Assembly: GCA_963796105.1 (NCBI GenBank)
Contig: CAWCKJ010000004.1
Location: 1,216,001 to 1,280,000 of the forward strand
Direction of reading: 5' to 3'
Origin: a candidate division FCPU426 bacterium
Lineage (GTDB): Bacteria > Oederibacteriota > Muellerivitia > Muellerivitales > Muellerivitaceae
Length of the DNA: 64,000 bases
The notes beneath the pieces are model-generated. The model was not told the DNA's origin. It searched no databases and saw nothing but the letters and a program-made list of their open reading frames with translations. The position numbers and the translations under genes were made by a program. Of the stretch, positions 34,001 through 43,803 are shown piece after piece; within the stretch, counting starts at the first letter, position 1, and each line of letters starts with the position of its first letter.

Positions 34001-35619
34001 CCACCACGACTCCCACCCCGACTCCTACTTCCACGCCGACTAGGACTCCGACCCCCACCCCCACTCCGACTTCCACGACCACATCCACTCCCACGCCGAC
34101 GAACACGCCCACTTCCACCCCGACCAACACCTCGACCCCCACCCCGACCCTGACGCCCTCGCCGACGCCGACGCATACCCCCACAAACACACCCACTTCC
34201 ACACCGACCCCAACGCCAACGATCACTTCGACCCCGACATACACCTCAACTGGAACGACATCACCCACGAATACCTTCACCGTCACGCCGACGTTAACGC
34301 CTTCGCCAACGCCCACGGATACACCCACGAAAACACCCACGAGCACCCCGACACCCACGCCTACCACAACCTCTACTCCCACATTCACCTCCACCCCCAC
34401 CTCGACGCCGACGAACACCCCGACCAATACCCCGACCACCACACCCACACCCACCTACACCAACAGCTCAACCGACACTCCTACTTGGACCTACACGCCT
34501 TTATTCACTTCGACAAACTCCTACACCCCAACGAATACACCCACTCCCACGAATACTTTCACTCCCACTGACACCCCGACCCCCACACCCACGCCGACAC
34601 CGACCTATACTCCCACTTCAACCAACACCCCGACATCCACGCCCACGGATACACAGACCCTGACACCCACCTTGACCCCGACAGATACATCCACCTATAC
34701 GCCAGTATTCACCTTTACCCCCAGCTACACGCCTACGAACACTTCCACACCCACGAATACCTATACCCCCACGAACACCCCGACCAGCACACTCACTCCG
34801 ACACCAACCAACACGCCCACCAACAGCAATACACCCACGAATACAAATACCCCGACGAACACGAATACGCCGACAAACACCTACACCGCCACCAATACCC
34901 CGACGAACACCAATTCCCCCACGAACACGCCTACCCCGACGCTGACCCGGACGCCTACCAACACCTTTACGGCCACGAACACCCCAACCGCCACCTTCAC
35001 ACCCACTAATACCAACACTCCGACGCCTAGCTACACCCCGACGAACACCTATACCCCCACGAATACCAGGACTTCAACCAACACTCCTACAGCCACCTAT
35101 ACCCCCACGAACACCCCCACGTACACCTTCACCCGGACATACACTCTGACCCCGACCCTGACCAATACCAGGACCTCAACGTCCACTCCCACCTTCAGCC
35201 GCACACCGACGTCCACGCGCACCCCTACGCCGACGAAAACCAACACGCCCATTTGGACATCCACTCCCACGGCGACCTTCACGCCCACGGAAACGTCCTC
35301 GATGACACAGATCCCGACCTGGACGCCGACGGTGGATTACTTCACGGTGACGAAGAACGTGTTCAAGGAAGGGGGGGAGCCGGTATCCATCTTCGTGGGG
35401 ACGAGCCAATATCCCGGACCCTTCCAGTTGTCCGTTTACAACTCGGCGGGGGAGCATATCAAGACCCTGGACAGCCGGTACCTGGAGGCGCCATTCCAAG
35501 GCAGTTTCTTCTGGGACGGGACGAACAAGTACGGGGATACCTGCGCCAGCGGGGTTTATATTTTCTACCTAGTGGAACCCTTCGACCGCAAAGTGAAGAA
35601 GATCATTTTTATTAAGTGA
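31072..35619 (+). CDS. Large surface protein: Cys-rich lectin/jelly-roll + CBM3-like domains, ~950-aa TP stalk, FlgD-Ig-type CTD
   Basis: ORF is open from 30955, but ATG 31072 has a GGAG RBS and precedes a signal peptide; [21 protein letters not shown]3-like [37 protein letters not shown] tail. Confidence 0.7.
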   Translation: MFRYFPETGLNRFLHPWSSRFCTVLLLAVLGWISPSYIKAQCTVTSANLDTSVDDDILIYLNGNVIVSQPSDCNWWTSVHSYAITNLSWFNTSGENILAVYATDQCGNTAWATWLLTINYSNCPTQYIMSDGWCTRTVNSGITYTGSGLPPTGLPSGWTGTGFPDSAWGGVYTGDVRVIRNCSNCAAITNTGTGLVVPHIWGDNNFAPSYSGEGYLFRQHFYTGSAACTVTPAPSPTFPPTNTLSPTPTIGSPTPTFTPWPGCNSPGITSPMLNLQTSCYNQNNQYMDYGFRVYNWGATPVTIANLCVKAWAYESQTINMAQLNNSAGTTCTAGGASCGNIGITGTVSVASYGPCTQISGHYANQMITYCFSPTSTAYVIPPNGGYWYVQYDMLRFGRNNSQMDNGNFSDDWSHFGTGNGDCSSNSSNQENPFFALYYNGTLVREQLDTSGTNFDTATGMEPCMVLLTCTPTPGITNTPTRTPTFTPTNTMTRTPTNTPTNTPTITPSPTPTPTRTPTPSSTPTFSPTPTPTPTRTPTLTPSPTPSPTPTPTTTPTPTPTRTPTPTPTNTPTPTPTTTPTPTPTRTPTPTPTPTPSPTPTPTLTPTPTPSPTPTRTPTPTPSPTPTPTPTPTRTPTPTPTTTPTPTPTNTLTPTPTNTPTPTPTRTPTNTPTPTPTNTPTNTPTPTPTTTPTPTPTNTPTRTPTPTPTPTPTPTPTPTITPTPTNTPTGTQSPTNTPTITPTKTPTPTPTNTPTITPTPTPTITPTPTPTNTPTRTPTPTPTPTPTTTPTPTPTNTLTPTPTNTPTPTPTTTPTPTPTRTPTPTPTNTPTPTPTTTATPTPTNTPTPTPTRTPTPTPTTTPTPTPTNTPTPTPTNTPSPTPTTTPTPTPTNTPTRTPTHTPTPTPTITPTPTNTPTPTITPTPTNTPTGTQPPTNTPTITPTKTPTPTPTPTPTVTPTPTPTNTPTSTPTNTPTPTPTTTPTPTPTSTPTRTPTPTPTPTSTTTSTPTPTNTPTSTPTNTSTPTPTLTPSPTPTHTPTNTPTSTPTPTPTITSTPTYTSTGTTSPTNTFTVTPTLTPSPTPTDTPTKTPTSTPTPTPTTTSTPTFTSTPTSTPTNTPTNTPTTTPTPTYTNSSTDTPTWTYTPLFTSTNSYTPTNTPTPTNTFTPTDTPTPTPTPTPTYTPTSTNTPTSTPTDTQTLTPTLTPTDTSTYTPVFTFTPSYTPTNTSTPTNTYTPTNTPTSTLTPTPTNTPTNSNTPTNTNTPTNTNTPTNTYTATNTPTNTNSPTNTPTPTLTRTPTNTFTATNTPTATFTPTNTNTPTPSYTPTNTYTPTNTRTSTNTPTATYTPTNTPTYTFTRTYTLTPTLTNTRTSTSTPTFSRTPTSTRTPTPTKTNTPIWTSTPTATFTPTETSSMTQIPTWTPTVDYFTVTKNVFKEGGEPVSIFVGTSQYPGPFQLSVYNSAGEHIKTLDSRYLEAPFQGSFFWDGTNKYGDTCASGVYIFYLVEPFDRKVKKIIFIK
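32476..35330 (+). repeat. Coding Thr-Pro repeat (stalk)
   Basis: TPTPT runs with synonymous codon variation. Confidence 0.9.
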
Positions 35620-35726
35620 CACAAATCAACTTGTAAAAACGCGGATAGGCATATCGATTTGGGAAAGTCGCGACAATATAAAAGGTGAAGTTTTTTTTGC
35701 TGTTAAAACTGATTCAGGAGTTTTCT

Positions 35727-38324
35727 ATGCGCCGCATTCTTTTATTATTAGCAGTCATCCAATTCATGTCACCTGTCCTGGCGCTCGCCGAAGAGGAGGA
35801 AGTGCGGTTCTACGCTCCGGCATGGGCCGATTCTTCTGGCAAGGACGGCAAGGGCGGGGTCAGCATCACCTGCTCGGAAGGAAAGAACAATATTGTCCTG
35901 CGGAAAGATCCCTGCCCGGCCCGGATCGAATCGAAAATCCCCACTGATCGTCCAGACTGGGTGGTATTCGACAGTGACGAGGATAATAACAGCCTTTCCT
36001 ACGAATTCACGTGGATCACCAAGCCTTCGGATAAGTTCTGGAGCCGGACCTGGGCTGGCGGCGGGATCGCTTTCAATAAGTCGTGGAACTCCATCGACAT
36101 CACGGGAGCCAAGTTCCTGGTTTTTTACGCCAAAACCAGCCAGCCTGGGGCCATGGACTTTGAACTCGCCTTAACCGGCGACAAAGACGGAGAACAAACT
36201 GGGCCGGTCTTGATCAGTGATTACGCCGAGGACAAGAAAATCGGCTCCGATTGGACCAAAGTTGCCATTCCCATCGACGCCATGCCCAACCTTTCGAAGA
36301 TCGACAAGACGAAGGTCAAGACCATCAACATAAACCTGAAAATGAAGGACTGCCCGGAAAACAAGCCGCTCTTCATGCGCTTCAATCGGGTGTACTTCTC
36401 GGATTCCAACCTAGTCACGCCGGTTGAAAACCTGGGCTGGCTTAAGACGCCCGAAGGCGTGGAGGTAATCTGGGACAAAACTAACGACGAGGGCATCGTG
36501 AAATACCTCGTGATGGTGGACGGAAAGGCCGCCGGCCGCGTCGAAGGCGCTTCCAAGAGGCGTGTAAAGATCCCAACCAAACTGCTGCCCCCGGTAAAAC
36601 CCCACGTGGTGGGGATAGCCGCGGCCAATGACAAGCAAGTTTTATCCTACCAGGCGGTTACGGTGACACTAGGCGGTTCACAAGCCCAAGCCGCCACAGT
36701 AACGGTTTCCGATAAGCTGGGCCGGTCCATCTCGCCCTACCTCTACGGCCAAAACGGCTGGGGTTTCTCGCCCGAAACTTACAAGAAACTCGGAACCACC
36801 GTGAGCCGCTGGGGAGGAAACGCTACTACCACCTACAACTGGAAGGACGACGCGGAAAACCGGGGCGGGGATTGGTTTTTCCTCAATACGAACGAATCGC
36901 CCAAACTGGACGCCGAAAAGGATAAGAGCTACTACAAGTTTATCGAAGAAGTCGCCAAAGGCGGGGCGCAAGTCATCATGACGATCCCCACCATCGGATG
37001 GGTGGCCAAGCGTTGCCCCGAAGGAGTCCATCTTTCTTCTTATCCCTTGTCACTTTTCCCTAAGCAGGACAAGGATGATCAGGGCGCAGGCAGCGGTTTC
37101 CTACCGGGCGGAAAAGAACCCATCTGGGGTAACGATCCCAACAATAACTACTTGAAATCGGACCCGGAGTTCCAGAAGGGCTGGGTGGAAACCATAGTCA
37201 AGAACTTCGGCACGGCCTCCCAGGGCGGGGTCAAGTTCTACAACATGGACAACGAGCCGGGCTTATGGCACTGGAACCACCGGGACGTCTGTCCCTTGGG
37301 CATTGGCTACGACGACTTGGTGGACCTGAACGCCAAGTACGCGGCCGCGGTCAAGTCGGTGGACAAGGACGCGCAGATCCTCGGTATGGTGGCTTGGGGC
37401 GCGATGGAACTCGCCGGATCCAATTGGGACTTCATACCGGGCGGCAAGGAAAACTACAAAAGGAAAGATGAAAAAGACCTCAAAGGGGAAAAGTGGACCG
37501 AGCGGAAGGCCCACGGGGATGTCCCGCAGGTGATTTACTTCCTAAGGGAAATGAAGAAGCGCTCGGATGAGGCGGGAGTGCGTCTTCTCGACTACCTGGA
37601 CAACCACGGTTTTCCCGAGGTCTGGGGAAAGAACGCCCAAGGCGAGAAGATGAACGTGATGGGCGACTTACCCTATGACCCGGTCATGACTCCAAAGCAG
37701 TTCGACGGCCTACGGGTTTTATGGGACGACACTTTCGTGAGCCAAGACAGTTGGTGCTACGACAGCGGCAACGCCCCATACTTTTGGACGCCCTGGGTGG
37801 GATTGATCCCGAAACTTAAAAAATACATTGATGAAAACTTCCCGGGTACCAAGCTGGCCATGACCGAATATTACCCGGCTAGCTCCAGCTACTACCACGG
37901 AGGCCTACTTGTGGCAGTTGAGACGGGCATTTTCATGCGGGAAGGAATGGACCTGGCCTGTGACTGGGGTTCGACGCATGAGGGCAACTACGTTTATCTC
38001 GGCCACAAGCTCTTCAGTAACTACGACGATAAAGGCTCCAAAGTGGGTGGGAATTACGTGGATAGCACCTCGTCCTTCGCCGACCTCTATTCGTTCGCGG
38101 CCAAGGACGCGTCGAAAACTTACGTGGCGCTAATCAACAAGAACCATGACCAGGAAATCGAAACCACTGTCAACCTGCCGGCCGCCGCCAAGACCTACCA
38201 TACTTACACGCTTTCTGAAAGTTCGGGCAAGCGTCTTTACGACTCCGGAGAACAGGCGGCCAAGGGTTCGACACTTTCCATCCAGGTGCCGGCCTTTTCT
38301 GCGGTCCTGGTCGTGGCGCAATAA
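35727..38324 (+). CDS. GH44 endoglucanase/xyloglucanase with N-terminal CBM-like domain
   Basis: ISPYLYG, RWGGNATTTYNW, MDNEP..W...HRDV, AMTEY; ATG 35727 follows AGGAG (ORF open from 35685); signal peptide. Confidence 0.85.
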   Translation: MRRILLLLAVIQFMSPVLALAEEEEVRFYAPAWADSSGKDGKGGVSITCSEGKNNIVLRKDPCPARIESKIPTDRPDWVVFDSDEDNNSLSYEFTWITKPSDKFWSRTWAGGGIAFNKSWNSIDITGAKFLVFYAKTSQPGAMDFELALTGDKDGEQTGPVLISDYAEDKKIGSDWTKVAIPIDAMPNLSKIDKTKVKTININLKMKDCPENKPLFMRFNRVYFSDSNLVTPVENLGWLKTPEGVEVIWDKTNDEGIVKYLVMVDGKAAGRVEGASKRRVKIPTKLLPPVKPHVVGIAAANDKQVLSYQAVTVTLGGSQAQAATVTVSDKLGRSISPYLYGQNGWGFSPETYKKLGTTVSRWGGNATTTYNWKDDAENRGGDWFFLNTNESPKLDAEKDKSYYKFIEEVAKGGAQVIMTIPTIGWVAKRCPEGVHLSSYPLSLFPKQDKDDQGAGSGFLPGGKEPIWGNDPNNNYLKSDPEFQKGWVETIVKNFGTASQGGVKFYNMDNEPGLWHWNHRDVCPLGIGYDDLVDLNAKYAAAVKSVDKDAQILGMVAWGAMELAGSNWDFIPGGKENYKRKDEKDLKGEKWTERKAHGDVPQVIYFLREMKKRSDEAGVRLLDYLDNHGFPEVWGKNAQGEKMNVMGDLPYDPVMTPKQFDGLRVLWDDTFVSQDSWCYDSGNAPYFWTPWVGLIPKLKKYIDENFPGTKLAMTEYYPASSSYYHGGLLVAVETGIFMREGMDLACDWGSTHEGNYVYLGHKLFSNYDDKGSKVGGNYVDSTSSFADLYSFAAKDASKTYVALINKNHDQEIETTVNLPAAAKTYHTYTLSESSGKRLYDSGEQAAKGSTLSIQVPAFSAVLVVAQ

Positions 38325-38374
38325 TGCGTCTAAACTTGGTCTATAATATAAAACTCTAAACCTAGGGTTCTCTC

Positions 38375-40477
38375 ATGCGCTTGAACTTATTGTGTATCAT
38401 TTTGGCCGTTTCCCTCTTTTTCGCTGGGACGGCGGATAAGGCGGGTGCCAAGACCGTGTTGAAAACCTTCAAGAATCCCATCCTGACGGGCTTCCATCCC
38501 GACCCCAGCGTCTGCCGGGTGGGGGAGGATTTTTACCTCACCAATTCCACCTTCGAGTATTTCCCCGGCCTTCCCATCTACCACAGCCGCGACCTGGTCC
38601 ATTGGGAGTTCATCGGGAACGCCTTGAATCGCCCCAGCCAATTACCCCTCCAAGGGGCGTCGGACCGGGGAGGTCTCTATGCCCCTACTCTCCGCTACTG
38701 GAAGGGGATTTTTTACCTGACCTGCGACAACGTCAGCGGGGGAGGGAATTTCATCGTCACCGCCAAGGACCCGGCGGGCCCCTGGTCGGAGCCGGTCTGG
38801 CTGGACGATTACGGGATCGACGGCTCCATGTTCTTTGACGACGACGGGAAGATCTATTACGACCGGGTCGGGGCCGACAATCGGAACGGCATCGCGCAGG
38901 CCGAATTGGACCCTTCCAGCCTGAAGCTCAAAACACCCTTCAAGAAGGCCTGGGAATACCAGGGCGAATGGAATGAGGGCCCGCACCTTTACAAGATCAA
39001 GGGCATGTATTATCTCATCGCAGCCACGGGTGGAACCGAAAGCCACCACCAAGAAGTCGCGGCCCGGAGTAACAGCCCTTGGGGCCCTTTTGAGCCATGC
39101 CCCCATAATCCCATCCTCACCGAACGAGACGTTCCCCAAAGCCCCATCCAATGCGCCGGGCATGCCGACTTGATCGACGCTCCCGACGGGTCCTGGTGGA
39201 TGGTTTTCCTGGGGACCCGGCCCCAGGACGGCATGTCGGTGCTAGGCCGGGAAACTTTCCTGGCTCCGGTCCATTGGACGAAGGATGGTTGGCCGGTCGT
39301 GGGCAAGGACCACCACGTGGCCCTGGAAATGGAAGCGCCGAAGTTAAAGCCGTTTCCCGTGGAGGCCTCCCAGCCGAGGACCTTTTTTACCGGCACCCAG
39401 TTAGGCCCCGAGTGGCTGCATGTCCGGAATTTTGACCCGCGAAATTTCTCGCTGACGGAACGGAAAGGGTATCTCCGAATCCGGGCGGCCAAGGACAGCC
39501 TGAACACCAGGTTTGAGGAACCCGCTTTCGTGGGCCGGCGCCAGGCCTCATTCCGATTTAGCGCCCGGACCGATATGGAATTTGACCCTCCGCAAAACGG
39601 GGAGGAGGCGGGTCTTTGCGTAAGGGCCAATGAGGATAACCATTACGAGGTGGGATTGGGGCGGTTCAACGGGGAAACCCGGATTTTCGTCCGGAACAGG
39701 ATCAAGAATAGGGAATACCTGGTCGCCCAAGAACCGGTGGGACCGGGAAAAGTCCAATTGGAGATTTCCGGCAAGGAGGACCGGTACCAATTCGCCTGGT
39801 CCAGCGATGGTAAGGCCTGGAATACGCTCGCGGCTTGTCCCTCCGCCGACCTTTCCCGTGAGAAGGCTGGGGGATTTACCGGAACGGTGCTCGGCCTCTA
39901 TGCCACCGCCAACGGCAAGGATTCCCGCGCATACGCTGACTTCGCCTGGTTCGAAATTCTACCCGGCGTCGTTCCGAAACCCGTCCCCCTGACGCGCCGG
40001 CCCTCGCCGACGCCCCTGGCCCCTACGGACCATTGGCGGATCAGGACCGGCTGGGAGGAATTCCGGGACAAGGACGGTTTGTACTGGTCGTCGGATATCG
40101 GCTATTCGGATGGGGATGTCGCCCGTTGTTGGGATTCCATCGCCGGAACCCAGAAGCAAGAACTTTACCAATTCGAACGAAGCGGGAGGGATTTCAATTA
40201 TGCCCTTCCCGTGTTGGCGGGGAAGTACCAGGTTTATTTGATGTTCGCCGAGACCTACGTAAAGAAAGAAGGCGAGCGGGTTTTTGATGTCCTCGTCAAC
40301 GGAAAAAAGGTCCTCAACCATTTCGATATCCTCAAGGAGGCCGGGGCCTTCGACAAGGCTGTCGATAAAAGCTTCCCGGACATTCAACCGGGCGCCGATG
40401 GAATGATCCGTCTCCAATTCGTTTCCTCGGCCCAGAACGCCAAGGTCTGCGCCATCGAGGTGGTCCGGAAGCATTGA
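38375..40477 (+). CDS. GH43 beta-xylosidase/arabinofuranosidase + C-terminal malectin
   Basis: NPILTGFHPDPS, STFEYFPG, APTLRY, EGPHLYK, GHADL, LGRETFL, GGFTG; malectin tail. Confidence 0.92.
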   Translation: MRLNLLCIILAVSLFFAGTADKAGAKTVLKTFKNPILTGFHPDPSVCRVGEDFYLTNSTFEYFPGLPIYHSRDLVHWEFIGNALNRPSQLPLQGASDRGGLYAPTLRYWKGIFYLTCDNVSGGGNFIVTAKDPAGPWSEPVWLDDYGIDGSMFFDDDGKIYYDRVGADNRNGIAQAELDPSSLKLKTPFKKAWEYQGEWNEGPHLYKIKGMYYLIAATGGTESHHQEVAARSNSPWGPFEPCPHNPILTERDVPQSPIQCAGHADLIDAPDGSWWMVFLGTRPQDGMSVLGRETFLAPVHWTKDGWPVVGKDHHVALEMEAPKLKPFPVEASQPRTFFTGTQLGPEWLHVRNFDPRNFSLTERKGYLRIRAAKDSLNTRFEEPAFVGRRQASFRFSARTDMEFDPPQNGEEAGLCVRANEDNHYEVGLGRFNGETRIFVRNRIKNREYLVAQEPVGPGKVQLEISGKEDRYQFAWSSDGKAWNTLAACPSADLSREKAGGFTGTVLGLYATANGKDSRAYADFAWFEILPGVVPKPVPLTRRPSPTPLAPTDHWRIRTGWEEFRDKDGLYWSSDIGYSDGDVARCWDSIAGTQKQELYQFERSGRDFNYALPVLAGKYQVYLMFAETYVKKEGERVFDVLVNGKKVLNHFDILKEAGAFDKAVDKSFPDIQPGADGMIRLQFVSSAQNAKVCAIEVVRKH

Positions 40478-40521
40478 GAAAATGTTATGCTGTCGTTCCA
40501 TTCTATTAGAGCGGGGGAAAT

Positions 40522-42663
40522 ATGAAAAAACCAACGCCGGGCAATCGGGCTGTTTTTCTAATGACCCAATGCCTATTCTTAGCGGTGTGCCTTCTGCTAT
40601 GGCTTCCCTTGTCCGCGGGATCAAATACATCTGGAGGAAAAAAAATGACGACTTTCCGCAACCCAATCCTGGCTGGCTTCCACCCCGACCCCAGCGTTTG
40701 CAGGGCAGGGGATGATTTCTACCTCGTGAACTCCACCTTCGAGTTTTTCCCTGGCCTCCCCATCTACCACAGCCGCGACTTGATGCATTGGGAACAGATC
40801 GGTAACGCGCTGGACCGCCCCAGCCAACTGCCTTTGAATGGGGCAACGGACTTTGGCGGGCTCTACGCCCCCACCATCCGCTACCACGAGGGGACCTTCT
40901 ACCTGACCTGCACGAACGTGAGCGGTAAAGGGAACTTCATCGTCAAGGCAAAGGACCCCGCTGGTCCCTGGTCCGAACCGTTCTGGATGGATGTCCCCGA
41001 CATCGATGGGTCCATGTTCTTCGATGACGACGGCAAGGCCTACTTCACGAACCAGGGAGGCGGCGAGAAAGCGGGCATCAAGCAATGCGAGTTCGACCCC
41101 GAAACCTGCAAGGCGACCACGAGCCCCAAGAGCATCCACAATGACCTTTCCGAGTCCTGGAACGAGGGGCCGCACCTCTACAAGATCAAGGGGGCTTATT
41201 ACCTCATGCTGGCCGAGGGCGGGACGGGGACCCAACACATGGAGTGGATCGGCCGCTCCGACAACCCCTGGGGACCCTTTGAGCCCTGCCCTTTCAACCC
41301 TATCCTGACGGAGCGCGACGAGTCCGCGAGCCCCATCCAATGCACGGGCCACGCCGACCTTGTGGAGGCCCCCGACGGAAGCTGGTGGATGGTGTTCTTG
41401 GGAGTGAGGATGCACGAGGGAACTTCCGTCCTGGGGCGCGAGACGTTCCTGGCCCCAGTTGAGTGGAAGGACGGCTGGCCCGTGGTCAATGGCGACCATC
41501 ATGTGGCCTTGGAGATGCCGGCCCCGAAGTTGAAACCCCATCCATTCCGTAACCCCGGGCCGAGATGGGATTTCGATAAGCCGAAGCTGGGCCCGGAATG
41601 GATCCACGTTCGCAACATCGACCCCGCGGATATATCTCTCGCGAAGCGGAAGGGGTTCCTGAGCCTCCACGCCGCGAAGGGGACCATCAGCAGCAAGAAG
41701 GACGTCCCCGCCTTCGCGGGCCAGCGGCAACCCGATTTCAAGGTGACCTCCCGCTGCGCCATGGATTTCACGCCAGCCGCGGATGGCGAGGAGGCGGGCC
41801 TGATGGTTCGCTCCAACGACGACAACCACTACGAGGTCGGTGTGGGGCGCTGGGACGGGGAGACTTGCCTTTACGTCCGAAACCGGGTCAAGGAGCAGGA
41901 AGGTTTCGTCGCCCGAAAGCCGTTCAAGGGCGGCCGGGTGTTTCTGGAGATCTCGGGCCAGGAAAGTCAGTACCAATTCGCCTGGTCGATGGACAACAAG
42001 AAGTGGGAAACGCTGGCGGCCTCCTCCGCCGCCGATTTGTCAAAAGAGAGGGCGGGGGGCTTCACAGGGACCGTCCTTGGCATGTACGCCACGGCCAATG
42101 GGAAAGAATCCGGGAATTGGGCCCATTTCAACTGGTTCGAAATGACTCCAGGTGTCGCCCCCAAGGTCATCGGCTTGGCACCGCGACCCACGGCAACGCC
42201 GGTGCCCTCGCGGGAGGTATGGCGCGTCCGGGCGGGCGGCGAAGCCCTGACAGACTCGAAGGGAAATGATTGGATCAAAGACCAGGCATATGTTGGGGGG
42301 GAAACCGCCATTACGGACCGGCCGATGAAGGCCTCCCGTGACGGACAGCTCTTCCAAACCGAGCGATGGGGTTCCGACTTCAGCTACGTTTTCCCGGTCA
42401 CGCCGGGGAAGTACCTGGTCCGATTGCGTTTCGCGGAAACCTACGTGAAGAAACAGGGAGAGCGGGTTTTTGACGTGCTGATCAACGACAAGAAAGAGCT
42501 GTGGGATTTTGACATCCTCCGGGAGGCGCACGGCTTTGACCAAGGGGTGGAGAAGACATTCAAGGATGTCCGGCCCGACAGCGGGGGAAACATCCGCGTC
42601 CGGTTCGTCGCGAAGGTCCAGAACGCCAAGGTTTGCGCCATTGAGGTGGTCCGGGAGCGTTGA
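40522..42663 (+). CDS. GH43 beta-xylosidase/arabinofuranosidase + C-terminal malectin (tandem paralog)
   Basis: Same motif set as 38375..40477. Confidence 0.92.
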   Translation: MKKPTPGNRAVFLMTQCLFLAVCLLLWLPLSAGSNTSGGKKMTTFRNPILAGFHPDPSVCRAGDDFYLVNSTFEFFPGLPIYHSRDLMHWEQIGNALDRPSQLPLNGATDFGGLYAPTIRYHEGTFYLTCTNVSGKGNFIVKAKDPAGPWSEPFWMDVPDIDGSMFFDDDGKAYFTNQGGGEKAGIKQCEFDPETCKATTSPKSIHNDLSESWNEGPHLYKIKGAYYLMLAEGGTGTQHMEWIGRSDNPWGPFEPCPFNPILTERDESASPIQCTGHADLVEAPDGSWWMVFLGVRMHEGTSVLGRETFLAPVEWKDGWPVVNGDHHVALEMPAPKLKPHPFRNPGPRWDFDKPKLGPEWIHVRNIDPADISLAKRKGFLSLHAAKGTISSKKDVPAFAGQRQPDFKVTSRCAMDFTPAADGEEAGLMVRSNDDNHYEVGVGRWDGETCLYVRNRVKEQEGFVARKPFKGGRVFLEISGQESQYQFAWSMDNKKWETLAASSAADLSKERAGGFTGTVLGMYATANGKESGNWAHFNWFEMTPGVAPKVIGLAPRPTATPVPSREVWRVRAGGEALTDSKGNDWIKDQAYVGGETAITDRPMKASRDGQLFQTERWGSDFSYVFPVTPGKYLVRLRFAETYVKKQGERVFDVLINDKKELWDFDILREAHGFDQGVEKTFKDVRPDSGGNIRVRFVAKVQNAKVCAIEVVRER

Positions 42664-42765
42664 GGAAATGGTTTCACAATTATTTTTCTAAATGCCAACC
42701 CATAGAAATCGCTACTCTCTTAAGAGAGTTTTTTAATAATTTTTTTAAACTTATTTTTGTGACAG

Positions 42766-43062
42766 CTAATCTTTTTTCTGGTTCAATTCGTGATATTTCC
42801 CCAGAGCCTTCTGACCCTCCGGTGAATCGGCTGGATATAAAACTTTACTGCCGCATTTTGAACAAGTCCGGTTATAGGCGAATAATAACCAATCTCCTTC
42901 TATTGAATCACGTTGTTGTGGAGTAGGGGGGCCGAAAAACTTTAAAATCCCAATGGGGATATAAATAATCCTTAATAACAAATGCAATGACCTGCCTCCC
43001 CGCTGAAGCCATCGAGGATTATCTAAATTGCCACAATTATCACAAATCCATTTCTTGATCAT
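42766..43062 (-). CDS. Small hypothetical protein with two CxxC motifs flanking a hydrophobic segment
   Basis: CDNC...CSKC; GAGG RBS; AT-rich. Confidence 0.55.
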   Translation of the reverse strand: MIKKWICDNCGNLDNPRWLQRGGRSLHLLLRIIYIPIGILKFFGPPTPQQRDSIEGDWLLFAYNRTCSKCGSKVLYPADSPEGQKALGKYHELNQKKD

Positions 43063-43146
43063 CTTATCCTCAATTTAAACTTACCCTTTAGCTTCCAATT
43101 AATTCTTCGCATTTATAGAGTAAATTGTTCCTATGATACCTCTTCT

Positions 43147-43530
43147 TAGTTCTCATCCAACCCGGGACAACTTAAAATAAAAAAGGGGTCAGAAAGATTC
43201 GAATGGCTTACCCGGATGCGCAAAGCGCTCACGGGGAAATACAGCTCTCCGGGTGAAAATCGAACCTCAATTCGCTCTCACAAGGGAAGAGACCCCTGTG
43301 TACCCCAATGAACAACATGGGGAACCCTTTCACCATACCCCTTCTTGGTTCTCGTCCAACCCTACTTCAACCTGGGAAGTCACAAAAGCAAATAGACCTC
43401 CCCGGGGGACATCGAACCTCGCTTCGCTCTCACAGGGGAAGTCGACCCCTATGTACCCTAGTGAAAGGCCTGAAAACTCCCGTTTTCAGACTTTCCCGCT
43501 GGTTCTCGTCCAACCCGGCAAGGCAGAAAA
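43147..43530. repeat. tRNA-Asn-linked repeat elements (two clear copies 43244-43362 and 43398-43518, plus degenerate pieces)
   Basis: Each copy has CTC(C/T)CCGGG..TCGAACC (tRNA 3' end), a shared core, and an inverted T-arm copy GGTTCTCGTCCAACCC. Confidence 0.75.
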
Positions 43531-43533
43531 AAG

Positions 43534-43571
43534 AAAAGGGGCCAATCTCTATAAAGAGATGGCCCCTTTTT
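43534..43571 (-). terminator. Intrinsic terminator downstream of tRNA-Asn
   Basis: AAAAGGGGCCAATCTCT-ATAA-AGAGATGGCCCCTTTT hairpin with A/T tails. Confidence 0.75.
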
Positions 43572-43577
43572 CACTTC

Positions 43578-43652
43578 TGGCTCCCCGGGTTGGACTCGAA
43601 CCAACAACCCTCCGGTTAACAGCCGGATGCTCCACCATTGAGCTACCGGGGA
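43578..43652 (-). tRNA. tRNA-Asn(GTT)
   Basis: TCCCCGGTAGCTCAATGGTGGAGCATCCGGCT-GTT-AACCGGAGGGTTGTTGGTTCGAGTCCAACCCGGGGAGCCA. Confidence 0.97.
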
Positions 43653-43803
43653 AAATGCCTGGAAATTCACCAAGTATTATGAATTTTAAATCTCAATAAA
43701 CGGCAAAACCAAAGGTTAAAAGCCCTTTGGGGAGAGATAGTCTAAAGCACCTCCTTTAAATGTCAAGATTCCAAGAACTAAGTTGATCGTGTTATTGGCG
43801 GTT

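Noticed and set aside
10377..35288. Many minus-strand Val-Gly-rich ORFs (e.g. 32382..33854)
   Set aside because: Antisense shadows of the Thr-Pro stalks; ACN-CCN codons give few stops on the opposite strand
7654..35619. Cellulosome scaffoldin system
   Set aside because: CBM3 modules are present but no cohesin or dockerin repeats were recognised
1..43577. Whole CAZyme island as an integrative element at tRNA-Asn
   Set aside because: No integrase next to the tRNA and no distal att site visible in the window; the local tRNA fragments are better explained by the short repeat elements
43253..43699. ORFs overlapping tRNA-Asn and its repeats
   Set aside because: They translate the tRNA and repeat elements; no coding evidence
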